Source: an uncultured Candidatus Saccharibacteria bacterium
Lineage (GTDB): Bacteria > Patescibacteriota > Minisyncoccia > Phycocordibacterales > UBA918
Length of the DNA stretch: 64,000 nucleotides
Assembly (NCBI GenBank): GCA_964350735.1
Contig: CAYGKO010000001.1
Coordinates: 246,578 to 310,577 of the forward strand
Direction of reading: 5' to 3'
Positions 46,295 to 56,436 of this stretch are shown piece by piece. Below the pieces are notes generated by a model. It did no database searches. It had not been told where the DNA came from and worked only from the letters and a program-made list of their open reading frames with translations. The position numbers and the translations under genes were made by a program. Position 1 is the first letter of the stretch; each line of letters begins with the position of its first letter.

Positions 46295-47421
46295 AGATGC
46301 GACCTCTCCCGCAACTCTTTTCTGTAGAGTACAGATACTAGTACAAAGCTTATAATCATGAGTAAGAACCACGCGATACATTTTTGTGGTGACACCAGTG
46401 TCCAGACAATTTCTTGGTTAGGATAGAACCAGGTCCCGGTAAATGTACCGATGTTTTCTGCTATCCAAATAAAAAATGATATTAATATAAAACCTAGTAA
46501 CAAAGGCATAGAATATTCTTTAGTAAGCCGGAAATAGACTTTTGTATTCCAGAACAAGACAAAAGCAAAGCAAATTAAAAGGTATCTAAAGTCAAAGATA
46601 AAATGGTGTGTGAAGAAGTTGATATAGATTCCGGCAGCTAGGATATAGGTATATCCAAATTTCGGATAGTTGCTAAAGGAAAGTGAAAGAAGTTTCCACG
46701 CTCGGGCGATATAGCTACCAACAGCTGAATACAGAAAGCCGGTAAATAAAGGAACGGTGGCAACGATAAAAATTGCGTCCTCTGGATAATTCCAAGATTG
46801 GATTGTACTTGAAGTTTTGAATAATTCCATGACAGTGGCCACAATATGAAAACTAAAAATAGCCACAAGCTCTTTAGTTGTCTCTAATTTAAATACTATA
46901 AGTAATATCTGGACAGTAATTGCAAATAGAAAAATATAATCATACCTATACAGACCAGGCAGATCTACATACGTAGTAAATAGTATGAAAAATAATAATA
47001 AAGCGCCAAAAATTGATGCTGCAGCTTGTAGCTTCGCAAACACAACAAGCTCCCGCATTAGGGTGCGAGTGAGTTCCGGGCTTGAGACCACCACATGAAC
47101 ACAGCCAAACACAATAATCCCTAAAATACTAAAAACTATATCGCTGAATGAGAAAGTTCGCTCCAGGCTTAATAATTGAAGTGATTCATCTAACAATTGG
47201 AATAGGATGACTATCGGATAAGCTACCAGCCATAACTTGGTCCACTGCTTACAAAAAAGAGCTAAGGTAAAAGCTAATACGCCAAAGATGAAAAAGTGGC
47301 CCACCTCATCAAACCACACATGATCAATCAGCCAGAGTGGAAACAATCCCTGGTTCGCCATGAAGGTGCCAATTGAATACAGGCATAAAGAAAACAGCAG
47401 TAATAACAAAGATAATTTCAT
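46291..47421 (-). CDS. VanZ-like plus DUF817 (YoaT-like) fusion membrane protein
   Basis: N-term D..GHF..FG.L, DE.LQ....RTFS..D; C-term RYD, FH..ATVMELFKT, SW.YP, VPLFTGF.YSAVGSY, IWIAENIGT. Confidence 0.75.
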   Translation of the reverse strand: MKLSLLLLLFSLCLYSIGTFMANQGLFPLWLIDHVWFDEVGHFFIFGVLAFTLALFCKQWTKLWLVAYPIVILFQLLDESLQLLSLERTFSFSDIVFSILGIIVFGCVHVVVSSPELTRTLMRELVVFAKLQAAASIFGALLLFFILFTTYVDLPGLYRYDYIFLFAITVQILLIVFKLETTKELVAIFSFHIVATVMELFKTSSTIQSWNYPEDAIFIVATVPLFTGFLYSAVGSYIARAWKLLSLSFSNYPKFGYTYILAAGIYINFFTHHFIFDFRYLLICFAFVLFWNTKVYFRLTKEYSMPLLLGFILISFFIWIAENIGTFTGTWFYPNQEIVWTLVSPQKCIAWFLLMIISFVLVSVLYRKELRERSHL

Positions 47422-47469
47422 ACTTTGTTATTACTGCCTGTTAACTATATTGGTTGCGAGGTATGTACC

Positions 47470-48144
47470 CTAAATCATTCCTCCCTCAAGTAGTTCATCA
47501 AGGCTCTTTTTCTTTGATTTTTTAGTTTCTGCACCAGCTTTCTTTTCTACGTTCTCTTCTTTCGGCTTAGCTTCTTCTTCGATCACTTTACCTTTTTGGT
47601 ACTTGGCTTTCCCGTCTCGTTCGAGGGTAGTGGTCCAACCTTTAGGGCTTTTCTTCATTTCATCAGCCACCTTGTATTCGATTGGAATAATCTTGAGGAA
47701 TCGCTCGAGCCGCTCTTTTAGAAAAGTGGGCTCCATGTACTTGTAGCGCCCCCACAGAAAGAGGTCTACCTTGACGCGGTGACCTTCAGACAGCCATTCA
47801 GCTGCTCGACGAGCCTTGAGGGCTTGGTCAGCGTCACCAGTTCCGATCTTTACCTGGACACTTTTAGTTTCAGTAACGTGGGACTTGGATTTAACTTCGC
47901 TGGCTTTTCGCTTGGTTTCGTAGCGGTACTGGCCGAAGTCCATGATCTTCGCAACGGGTGGCTTGGCCTTAGGGGAGATCTCAATTAGGTCGAGGTTTAC
48001 CTTGTCAGCAGCGGCGAGGGCTTCTTCGGTGGTCAGGACACCGAGGTTTTCACCTTCACTACCAATCACCCGCAGCTCTTTAGCTCGGATAGCGTTATTG
48101 ATTCGGGTACGGTCTTTTTGTTGGTATCGTGGTTTTTGCTTCAA
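47470..48144 (-). CDS. infC: Translation initiation factor IF-3, non-AUG start
   Basis: RIN..IRA.ELRVI, LDLIEISP.A.PPVAKIMDFG, G.RVKV; TTG start. Confidence 0.95.
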   Translation of the reverse strand: MKQKPRYQQKDRTRINNAIRAKELRVIGSEGENLGVLTTEEALAAADKVNLDLIEISPKAKPPVAKIMDFGQYRYETKRKASEVKSKSHVTETKSVQVKIGTGDADQALKARRAAEWLSEGHRVKVDLFLWGRYKYMEPTFLKERLERFLKIIPIEYKVADEMKKSPKGWTTTLERDGKAKYQKGKVIEEEAKPKEENVEKKAGAETKKSKKKSLDELLEGGMI

Positions 48145-48279
48145 ATGATTTGGTCTTAAGTTATAAGTCTTCAGTGATCGCTGGGCAACGATCGAAGGTG
48201 CTACACGTAGATAGCGCTCCAGTAGTGGTTACTATTGGTGGGCAAAATATAGCACGGTATATCTTTGTATTCAATACTT

Positions 48280-49155
48280 TTAGAGTGGTCGCAATCCAAA
48301 GTTGTTTTGCTGAACGATAGTACTTTCAGTATTTATGATTAGACAGTCGCTGTGTGTCGCAAGCCTAGCCTTAGGTTGAATGGAAAGGGTCGTAGCAAGC
48401 ATGTCTGCTTCTGCGGCTAGGTTGTTGCAAAGAAAGGCAGCGTGCTCTTGTGTAGTTTCTCCAGTTTGTACATGTATAAAGTGAGAGTATTGTTTTCCAG
48501 TGCTTTGATCATTCCATGTTCGCAAGGCTGGACTCGAGGACGCTAGAGCCTGGTGCTCAAGGGTGATTGACCCAATATAAGTTCCCGGTTTAAAGGGGTG
48601 TTCGAGAGTGACGGCAATCGGTTTGCCCTGCTCGGTAGTGCCATACATATCACCACCGCCATTAATTAGAAATTCTTCGATGTGATGAGCTTTTAGCATT
48701 GTAGTAATATCGTCAATCAACCAACCTTTACCAAAGCCACCAAGATCTATTTTCCCCGTAGTTAAAATAATTTCACTCGCAGAAACCCTCAGATCATTAA
48801 GCGGATTTGCGATCGCTACTGGCTTTTGAGCCGAAAAAGAACATGATGCGTCGTAGCCATTAGCTTCCTGGTTTGCTCCGGTCAGGAAATTAAAAATACC
48901 GTCTGTTTGGGTATAGTACTGTTGGCCCAACGTCAGTAACGTAACGAATTCGCTGGAAGGGTTTTGCAGTCGACCAGTAGTATTTAGCTGTGTTAGTAGT
49001 GAGTCGGGCTGAAAACGGGAATAGGTAGCTTCGAATATACGTAAACGGCGACTGATGAGATCAGAGATCTCATCAGTCGCCGTTTCGCTCAGGCTTTCAA
49101 ACAGCTCAATCCACCAGACTGTCCCTAGTGCTTTGATTGGGCCAATTTTTTTCAT
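48280..49155 (-). CDS. apbE: FAD:protein FMN transferase ApbE
   Basis: ALGT, SRF..DS.L..LN, TDG.F, DLGGFGKG, INGGGD, A.AD.LAT. Confidence 0.92.
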   Translation of the reverse strand: MKKIGPIKALGTVWWIELFESLSETATDEISDLISRRLRIFEATYSRFQPDSLLTQLNTTGRLQNPSSEFVTLLTLGQQYYTQTDGIFNFLTGANQEANGYDASCSFSAQKPVAIANPLNDLRVSASEIILTTGKIDLGGFGKGWLIDDITTMLKAHHIEEFLINGGGDMYGTTEQGKPIAVTLEHPFKPGTYIGSITLEHQALASSSPALRTWNDQSTGKQYSHFIHVQTGETTQEHAAFLCNNLAAEADMLATTLSIQPKARLATHSDCLIINTESTIVQQNNFGLRPL

Positions 49156-49157
49156 CT

Positions 49158-49760
49158 CTAACTTCGAGCTTCAACTTCGATAGTGGTAACCGCCTCGTTA
49201 AAAGATTCTGTTGTCAGTGAAGCTCCAGCCACGCGACTTAGTGCCACTTCATCTAGCTGCATTCCAATCACCTCTGTTTTATAGGCTGCATCGAATCGCC
49301 GCTGGTGACTATTACTTGGACCATCACCGTTATCGTACACAATGCTTGAATTTGAGATTACATCGTTCTCAATCGTGACTGTAATATCCATTGAGTGAGA
49401 GCTTCGTGATGGTGTGAGGTAGGACACACTAGTGGTGTAATTACCGTTCACAAAGTTTGTGACTGGGGTAGCTGGGGGAGGGGTAGTAGAGACTGGGTCT
49501 GCTTCTACCACCGGCTCTTCTGATGCTGCCGTATCGATGCTGGTTTCTACAGCCGCCTCAATGACAGCATCCTCACTTGGTTCCGGTGCTGGAACGGGAT
49601 CTGATTGAGTGGCAATTTCTTCAGTTCCAATCTCTTGTTCGGTCCGATTCATTTCCACCGTTGTTTCAACTGAAGTGGGGGCTTCTGGTTCTGAAGTAAA
49701 GAAATAAGCACCAGCTCCAACGGCGAGTACTACGATGACGGCAATGGCTAAAATAGGCAT
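49158..49760 (-). CDS. Membrane-anchored FMN-binding domain protein
   Basis: N-terminal TM, acidic/Pro linker, GNY....Y.TP, V.GASLTT..F flavinylation-type motif. Confidence 0.8.
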   Translation of the reverse strand: MPILAIAVIVVLAVGAGAYFFTSEPEAPTSVETTVEMNRTEQEIGTEEIATQSDPVPAPEPSEDAVIEAAVETSIDTAASEEPVVEADPVSTTPPPATPVTNFVNGNYTTSVSYLTPSRSSHSMDITVTIENDVISNSSIVYDNGDGPSNSHQRRFDAAYKTEVIGMQLDEVALSRVAGASLTTESFNEAVTTIEVEARS

Positions 49761-49835
49761 AATGAATTTAAGTAACTTATGTGAATCAATTTTCTCAGGT
49801 ATTATACGTTTGATTAATTACATTAACAATTAGCT

Positions 49836-51350
49836 ATGTTTCTAGTTACGGGAATAGAACGATTTTTAGATGGAGTCACCATGTACCGGGCGGTATTGTA
49901 CGCACTACTGGTGCTGATTGGGGCGGCTTTGATTTTAGGCTTGATGGATATAGTGGTGTACAGCCCGCTTGAGCAAATAGTCTCGCTAGCTGTCGCAGTC
50001 GGAACCGCTCTTTTGGTAAATTTTGTCTGTGCGAAATTGTGGAAAGTACCAGCAAATCACGAGTCAGTTCTTATCACGGCTGGGATTATTTATTTCTTAT
50101 TCCTACCAACTCTGTTGTGGTCTGAACTGGTCGTTATCGCACTAGCAGTAGTAATTGCTATGGTGTCAAAATATCTCATTGCGTGGCGGAAACAGCATAT
50201 TGTAAATCCAGCCGCTATTGGTGCAGTGGGAGTTGCTTTGCTTGGGTTTGATCCGGCTCTTTGGTGGGTGGGTACTCCGGAGATGTTTTTGCCGATGCTG
50301 GTTGTGGGAGTGTTGGTAGTAATGAAGGTACGAAAATGGACACCGGTGCTAAGTTTCATCAGTGTTGGATTTTTGGTGTACAGCTTAGAGGCACTGCGGT
50401 TTGGGCTCAGCCCAATAACGGAAGCTCCAGCCTACTTCTTATCGTGGCCGACGTTGTTCTTGGCCACCATTATGCTCACGGAGCCATTCACCATGCCGCC
50501 GACTAAGAAATTACAGATGGTCTACGGGGGTTTGGTTGGAGTACTCTCGAGCACGACACTTCTCAGTGGGTTGGTAGCAATGACACCAGAACTGGCGTTG
50601 GTGGTTGGTAATATAGCGATGTATTCGTTTACCTTGCGACAAAAACTGATACTGACCCTGATCGAAACCAGGACTATTGCTACTGACACACTAGAGTTTG
50701 TCTTTAAGAAACCAGCAGGCCTACATTTTAAAGCGGGACAATACTTAGAGTGGACCGTTGGACATGAAGGGGCTGACAAGCGAGGGATTCGTCGTTACTT
50801 TACGATTGCTTCCAGTCCAACTGAATCTACCGTTCACTTGGCCGCTCGTTTTGTGCCTGAAGGTAGTACGTACAAAAAAGCCCTCAAGACGCTACAGCCC
50901 GGAGACACAATCGTCGCCAGTCAGTTGGCCGGAGATTTTGTATTACCAACAGACCAATCAGTAAAATGCGCATTGGTAGCTGGAGGGATTGGAGTAACGC
51001 CGTTTCGTAGTCATATAAAAGAGTGGCTCGATACTAATTCACAGCGCGATATCACTCTGTACTACTGCAATAACACTGAAGCAGATATTGCGTATACCGA
51101 TATTCTCACCGCTGCACATGAGCGGGAGAACTTTGCGTTGGTGCAGGTACTGGGTAAGGAAGAACGAGCTGGCATGGAGCATGGCTATATCACCTCAGAG
51201 ATGATTGTCCGGCGCACACCAGACTGGAATGAACGCACGTGGTACCTGTCGGGGCCGCCGCCAATGGTGCATGCGTACTCTAAGCTTTTACTTGATATGG
51301 GTCTTAGTCGACATCAAGTAGTCAAAGACTTTTTCCCTGGACTGGCATAA
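49836..51350 (+). CDS. RnfD/NqrB-like membrane domain fused to a ferredoxin-NADP reductase-like domain
   Basis: SKY......HI.NPAA, WWVG, MLTEP.T.P; F.AGQY, RRYFTIASSP, AGGIGVTPFRS, YLSGPP.MV. Confidence 0.85.
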   Translation: MFLVTGIERFLDGVTMYRAVLYALLVLIGAALILGLMDIVVYSPLEQIVSLAVAVGTALLVNFVCAKLWKVPANHESVLITAGIIYFLFLPTLLWSELVVIALAVVIAMVSKYLIAWRKQHIVNPAAIGAVGVALLGFDPALWWVGTPEMFLPMLVVGVLVVMKVRKWTPVLSFISVGFLVYSLEALRFGLSPITEAPAYFLSWPTLFLATIMLTEPFTMPPTKKLQMVYGGLVGVLSSTTLLSGLVAMTPELALVVGNIAMYSFTLRQKLILTLIETRTIATDTLEFVFKKPAGLHFKAGQYLEWTVGHEGADKRGIRRYFTIASSPTESTVHLAARFVPEGSTYKKALKTLQPGDTIVASQLAGDFVLPTDQSVKCALVAGGIGVTPFRSHIKEWLDTNSQRDITLYYCNNTEADIAYTDILTAAHERENFALVQVLGKEERAGMEHGYITSEMIVRRTPDWNERTWYLSGPPPMVHAYSKLLLDMGLSRHQVVKDFFPGLA

Positions 51351-51415
51351 CTAATGTAGTAAAAGAACGACAGAAGCTGGGCTTCTGTCGGTCTTTTTAC
51401 GTTATACTATTTAGT

Positions 51416-51982
51416 ATGATTTGGCTCAAAAACCTCGTACTCGAATTAGGCCCGCTCGTACTCTTTTTTGTTGCAGACGCCTACATTGGGTTTTTCCCGG
51501 CGGTTGCAGTGTTGATTGTGAGTACGCTCCTTACACTTCTGTATACCTGGTATGGAGAAGGGAGACTCCCGTACTTCGCTTTATTCACGGCTGTAACGGT
51601 CGGGGTGTTTGGCGGACTCAGTATTGCATTCGGCGACGCTGATTGGTTTATCATTTCCGACACTTTTTTGGATATTGGGTTCGCATTGGCGTTGTACGCT
51701 AGTCTTTGGTTTAAAAAACCACTGTTACAAATACTATTTGAATCTTCGTTTGCTATTACTGACCGGGCTTGGCGTATCCTCACCATTCGCTGGACGATAC
51801 TTTTCTTAGGTTTGGCGATTGCTAGTGAGGCTATTCGACAACTGTACTCAGTTGATACGTGGGTACAATTTAAAGCCTTGTCAGTCTTTGTTATTCTCGC
51901 ATTTGGTTGTTATCAATTCACCTTGTCACGAAAAGAGCGTTTACCAGAAGTTTCAAATGACTGGGGTTTACGAGTCAGATAG
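51416..51982 (+). CDS. Intracellular septation protein A / YciB family
   Basis: ELGPL.LFF, FGGL, FI, W..LT.RW, E..R......WV.FK. Confidence 0.85.
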   Translation: MIWLKNLVLELGPLVLFFVADAYIGFFPAVAVLIVSTLLTLLYTWYGEGRLPYFALFTAVTVGVFGGLSIAFGDADWFIISDTFLDIGFALALYASLWFKKPLLQILFESSFAITDRAWRILTIRWTILFLGLAIASEAIRQLYSVDTWVQFKALSVFVILAFGCYQFTLSRKERLPEVSNDWGLRVR

Positions 51983-52834
51983 TTTTTTTGGTAGCCAGGG
52001 AATGAAGTAGTTGGTAGTCGCCATGTACTTTTTATATTCCTCTGGATATTTCTCTAAGAAAATATCTTCGAGCATTGGTCCAGTTACTTTGGTCAAAATA
52101 AAAGTGATCAAGAGTGGTGAGAGGAGCGCCAAAAAGCCGTACTGAAAAGGGAAGGCAATGATTGCCAAGCCCCACCAGATGAGTGATTCACCAAAGTAGT
52201 TTGGCCGTCGGGAGTAGCGAAACAAACCAGCTGTCATTAGGGTCTTTTCTTCAGTGCCAGCGATCTTACGTTTAATAAACTGATCGAGTTGCCAGTCGGC
52301 TGTTGTTTCAAGTAGGAGGCCCAGTAGCCAAATGCCAATCCCGGCATACATCAGTATAGAGATGCTAGTCGCTGGACCAGCTATCTCCGCTGCGATCACG
52401 AGTATCATTGGTAGTGACACCAGCACAATGATAATGCCTTGCAGAATATTGATCTGTAAGTAGCTGCGCAATAAAAAGTACAACCACCCTCGTTGCATCC
52501 ACTTAGTGCGCCAATTTTTGTACCGCTGATCCTCAGGTTTCCCCCAATTTTTTCGTCCGATTCGAATCCCAAGGCGTAGCGCCCAGACGGTTACTAAAAT
52601 AGCGACAATTATTGTGATCGGAGTCAGGGTGTTGGTTAATAAAATTGTGGCCCAGGTACTGACTGCAAAAGCCGGTCCGTATGATATGTCCATAACACTG
52701 TTGTCTTGGCGGGCTTGAGCTATCAAGAACACCCCCGTTACATATATAAGTGTACAGAGCGCAAAAATCCCTAACGTCAGTAAAAAGAACACATCAATGC
52801 CGAATAACGAAAGATCTGGAGAAGTAAGAATCAT
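51968..52834 (-). CDS. DUF1295 / steroid 5-alpha-reductase-like membrane protein
   Basis: NS.MD, W.LRL, ED.RY, E..AD.QL..F, GL.RYSR.PNYFGE...WWG, Y..Y...T..FIPW. Confidence 0.9.
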   Translation of the reverse strand: MILTSPDLSLFGIDVFFLLTLGIFALCTLIYVTGVFLIAQARQDNSVMDISYGPAFAVSTWATILLTNTLTPITIIVAILVTVWALRLGIRIGRKNWGKPEDQRYKNWRTKWMQRGWLYFLLRSYLQINILQGIIIVLVSLPMILVIAAEIAGPATSISILMYAGIGIWLLGLLLETTADWQLDQFIKRKIAGTEEKTLMTAGLFRYSRRPNYFGESLIWWGLAIIAFPFQYGFLALLSPLLITFILTKVTGPMLEDIFLEKYPEEYKKYMATTNYFIPWLPKKLSDS

Positions 52835-52891
52835 CTTATTTGTGGTTAGCTGCTATAGATTCATTCTAGCAGATGCTACAATAGCTGACAT

Positions 52892-53599
52892 ATGCCCCGG
52901 GCACAGGCACGTTCTACAGAGAATGAAACCACAGTAAATACAGTGGCGGCTAAAAGACGTGCGCCCCGGAAGACTGCAGCCAAAAAAGCGGTAGTAAAAA
53001 AGACGACCAAGAAAGTGGCTGCCAAAAAAGTAGTCCGAAAAAAAGTAGTTAAGAAAGTAGTAAAGCGTTCTGTTGAACGTAAGGCGCCGACCGACGGTTT
53101 AGTTAGTAAAAAACGAGTGGCTATTAATTGGCTGTATATTATTCCAACAGTAGCGGTAGTTTTAGTGATTGCTGCCTCAGTTGCGATCGGATCAACGGAT
53201 GATGGAGTAATAAATGTTGATACTGTAGTGGCAGAAAAAATTGCGCAACGAGAAGCACGACAAGAAGCATTGGAGGCTGAAGGTAAGTCGGAAGAATTTG
53301 CGGAGGAAGAAATCGCACCAGTCGCCACTGGACGTCCAGATGTGCCCGATGGTGGTCTACGGGGACTGGGACAGAGTGCTGCCAAGCCAAAACCACCGAC
53401 GCCAACAGCAAGTACAACAGAAGCCGCAAGCACTACTGCATCGAGTGCAACCGCAAGCTCAACTGATGCTGGAGGAGAGGATATAGAAACCGAAGTTCAA
53501 AACGATGAAGTGACAGAGGAAGGTTCTGACGCTGAAGAGCAAGTAATACCAGAGGAGTCTGAGTCAGGGGTGGCAACGAGCAGTGATCCTACGATTTAG
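52892..53599 (+). CDS. Protein with histone-H1-like Lys-rich N-terminus, single TM and acidic C-terminus
   Basis: AKKAVVKKTTKKVAAKKVVRKKVVKKVVKR; hydrophobic segment; E/T/S-rich tail. Confidence 0.75.
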   Translation: MPRAQARSTENETTVNTVAAKRRAPRKTAAKKAVVKKTTKKVAAKKVVRKKVVKKVVKRSVERKAPTDGLVSKKRVAINWLYIIPTVAVVLVIAASVAIGSTDDGVINVDTVVAEKIAQREARQEALEAEGKSEEFAEEEIAPVATGRPDVPDGGLRGLGQSAAKPKPPTPTASTTEAASTTASSATASSTDAGGEDIETEVQNDEVTEEGSDAEEQVIPEESESGVATSSDPTI

Positions 53600-54000
53600 T
53601 TTTTTTGGCATTTAGCACACCGACACCCCTCGGGTCCGATGATGTCACGAACATACATTTTGCCGTAGCTGTAGGTAATTTCATCTCCAGCCTTTATGTT
53701 TTTACAGGCTCGTATATAAATTCTATTTTCCTCTTCATCGTGTTCGGCTTCGGCGTTGGGGATACATGAGTGGTTGGCGTAACGGGCAATATTCTCGCGC
53801 CCTTTACCATCGATAACCAGATCGTCAGTCACTTCAAATAGATAGCGTCCACCGCGTTTATTGGCTTCTGCTTCCGTGATTCGTTCACCGGTGTACTCAA
53901 TAATCAGCTGCTCTTTTGGTATAGCTTCAGCCGCAAAAAGTCCTAGTCCAGCACTAGATCGCTTCACTGCAACTTTTGGTCGGTATGAATCATCTGACAT
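53596..54000 (-). CDS. SET domain lysine methyltransferase
   Basis: GLGLFA, IIEYTGE, ARYANHSC.PN, I.AGDEITYSY, post-SET CRC.KC. Confidence 0.95.
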   Translation of the reverse strand: MSDDSYRPKVAVKRSSAGLGLFAAEAIPKEQLIIEYTGERITEAEANKRGGRYLFEVTDDLVIDGKGRENIARYANHSCIPNAEAEHDEEENRIYIRACKNIKAGDEITYSYGKMYVRDIIGPEGCRCAKCQKN

Positions 54001-54023
54001 AGTGACGGCCAGTATAACAAAAT

Positions 54024-54557
54024 TTATTGTTGCTCAATAATTAAAGACAAGAGCTCAATTAGCTTAATTAATAAAGCTCGCTTCTGGTTCATTTCTGTAT
54101 CTGGAACTCTGAACAATAGATCTATCTCAGAGAGTGGTGTTGCGTATTGGGTAGAATCATCCAAGTTGTTGATAGAACGTATTGGGGCGCTTTCAGTTTG
54201 GGGGTTAGTAGTTAGAGTGCTCACACTGTTAATTTCTTTTTCTAATTGGGTCAAAATTTGCTCAACTGTACTAATGTCCGTAAAGGCACGTTGGTAGGAT
54301 TCTGTAGCAAATGATTCCTGAGCTTCGCTGAGAGCCGCCTCAGCGTCAGCAAGAGTATCTTCAAAATTAGTTATAGAGACGTCGTCATCTGCAAGTGCGG
54401 TGAGTAGGTCATCATAGTTAGCAATTTCTTGAGTTACTTCTATGAGTGATTCACGTACAGTTTCGAGTGCTGTTTGAGCTTGTGTATATAAAGGTGTAGC
54501 GAGAGCTACTAAGCAAAATAAAAGAAACGGTTGTAAACAAATTTGGTTTTTTGGCAT
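54024..54557 (-). CDS. Hypothetical secreted helical protein
   Basis: Signal peptide, coiled-coil, C-terminal amphipathic helix. Confidence 0.65.
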   Translation of the reverse strand: MPKNQICLQPFLLFCLVALATPLYTQAQTALETVRESLIEVTQEIANYDDLLTALADDDVSITNFEDTLADAEAALSEAQESFATESYQRAFTDISTVEQILTQLEKEINSVSTLTTNPQTESAPIRSINNLDDSTQYATPLSEIDLLFRVPDTEMNQKRALLIKLIELLSLIIEQQ

Positions 54558-54605
54558 AGGTCGGTACTATAGTAGGTACGTAATACTAACAGACGAAACA
54601 TATCT

Positions 54606-54980
54606 ATGGCTATCTTTGGATCTAAAAAAATTTTAATTGTTGAGGATGAAGCTGAACTTAGGGAGGCAATGACAATGGTGCTTAAAAAAGAGGGGTATGA
54701 AGCTGAGAGTATTTCAATTGGTACCCAGTTCCCGGGGGCGGTGGTGAATTTTAAGCCAGATTTGATTATTCTCGATATTTCGCTACCAGGATTAAATGGA
54801 GTAGATGCGCTGCGGCTTCTACGGACAGAGATGGACCAGACAGTGCCGGTGTTTGTGTTTACCAACATGAAATTAGATGCAGAACGGGCGGCATTAATCG
54901 AACAATTACAGGGTGTGTATTTGGATAAGTCTGGCACCAGTCTGGCTGAGTTACTTGAGAAAGTAAAAGAAGTTATATAA
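54606..54980 (+). CDS. Single-domain response regulator
   Basis: ILIVEDE, PDLIILDISLPG.NG, PV.V.TN, Y..K. Confidence 0.9.
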   Translation: MAIFGSKKILIVEDEAELREAMTMVLKKEGYEAESISIGTQFPGAVVNFKPDLIILDISLPGLNGVDALRLLRTEMDQTVPVFVFTNMKLDAERAALIEQLQGVYLDKSGTSLAELLEKVKEVI

Positions 54981-55029
54981 ATAAAAAAACCGCACGCCGA
55001 TATGGCGCGCGGTTTTTTATACTTACAAT

Positions 55030-56319
55030 TTATCGATTAGATAGAATCAATAGAAGTAGGTTGCGCACGAGCGTTACCAATTCTTCACGAATCTTTTCTT
55101 CATCTGCGTCAGCTAGATCGGCATCTCCATTTAAGATGTCTTGCAAGCTAATGTCAGAATTCGAATCATTCATTTCGTTCTCTTCGGTAGTGTCTTCCAT
55201 CTGAATGTCTACCAGTTCAGTCGCTTCTTCGACAAGTTCTTTAGCTTCTTCAAGAGCGTCTTCGGCCTCTTCGTCGTCACCAGATTTGATTGCCTCTTCT
55301 GCATCGTCAAGCAATTCTTCGGTGTCTTCAATCAGTTCTTCTACCTTTCTTGATTCGGTAGCGAGCATTTCGTCCTCATCGTCTTCAAAGGCGTCTTTGA
55401 CAACATCAAGCATGTCTTCAATTTCTTTCAGTTCTGCTTCCAGGTCTTCATTTTTGCTGACTTCGTTCGCATCGTTTTCTTCTGCTGCGTCTAAAGCAGC
55501 TTCAGCTTCGTTAAGAAGTTCTAAAGCTTCGTTAGCTAGTTTTTTAGATTCAATATAATCTTCATCATCAAACTCGTCTTCTGCTTCTTCGTACAGATCG
55601 CGAGCTTCGTCGTAGAGTTCCTCAGCGTCTTCTGTGTCGACACCATCTACTTCTGCTTCATTGATTTCATCTTTTACATCTTCTAGTTCTTCTTCAACCT
55701 CCTCCAAAAGTTCTTCAGCCGCTTCTTCACGATCAGATTCCGTCATCGAGACGAAGTCATCTGCATCAGCATTTAGGACATCAAAGATTTCCTCAGCAAA
55801 TTCTTCAGCGGTTTCCGCTTCGGTAACTGCAGTTTCGTAGTCCTCTCCATCAAAAGCATCTTCTGCATCATCAATCGCTCGGTCTGCTTTGGTCATCAAA
55901 GCCAGTGCTTCGTCGATTTGTGTTTCTGGGATATCGTCATCGTCTTTAGCGATGTCGATTGCTTCTTCAGCTCCCTCGATGATGTCTTCTACATCATCAA
56001 TCTTTTCTCGAGCTCCGCCTTTTTCAAAACTATCATCAGCATCAACGGTAAGTACCTCTTCTACCTCATCTTCATCAATATCCAATTCGTTAGCAATTTT
56101 CTTAACAAGTTCGTCGAGGGTACCAACGTTATTGTACGAATACTCTTCTTTAACGTTATCTCCGTCATCATCGTATGAGACCTCCACTTCTGCCTCACTG
56201 TCTTCTACGGTAGCTTCGATTTCCAGATCATCATAAGCAAACGCCTGAAACGTGAGCCCGAAAAATAATAGTAGTGCGATTAGAGTGCTGTAGGCACTAT
56301 TTCTAATAGTAGTAATCAT
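55030..56319 (-). CDS. Highly acidic secreted protein with helical repeats
   Basis: Signal peptide AFA-Y; repeated A.E.LE.AE..F..EDY..A...A.EA units; D/E-rich. Confidence 0.75.
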   Translation of the reverse strand: MITTIRNSAYSTLIALLLFFGLTFQAFAYDDLEIEATVEDSEAEVEVSYDDDGDNVKEEYSYNNVGTLDELVKKIANELDIDEDEVEEVLTVDADDSFEKGGAREKIDDVEDIIEGAEEAIDIAKDDDDIPETQIDEALALMTKADRAIDDAEDAFDGEDYETAVTEAETAEEFAEEIFDVLNADADDFVSMTESDREEAAEELLEEVEEELEDVKDEINEAEVDGVDTEDAEELYDEARDLYEEAEDEFDDEDYIESKKLANEALELLNEAEAALDAAEENDANEVSKNEDLEAELKEIEDMLDVVKDAFEDDEDEMLATESRKVEELIEDTEELLDDAEEAIKSGDDEEAEDALEEAKELVEEATELVDIQMEDTTEENEMNDSNSDISLQDILNGDADLADADEEKIREELVTLVRNLLLLILSNR

Positions 56320-56436
56320 AAATATTAATCTAAATTGTTGTAATCATTCAGCTAGGTAAATCCCGCTCGTTCTATTGTACAAGATGAATAATCGTTTGGT
56401 TGTAGTACAGGTGAATTGTTGTGCCATAATTAGGCT

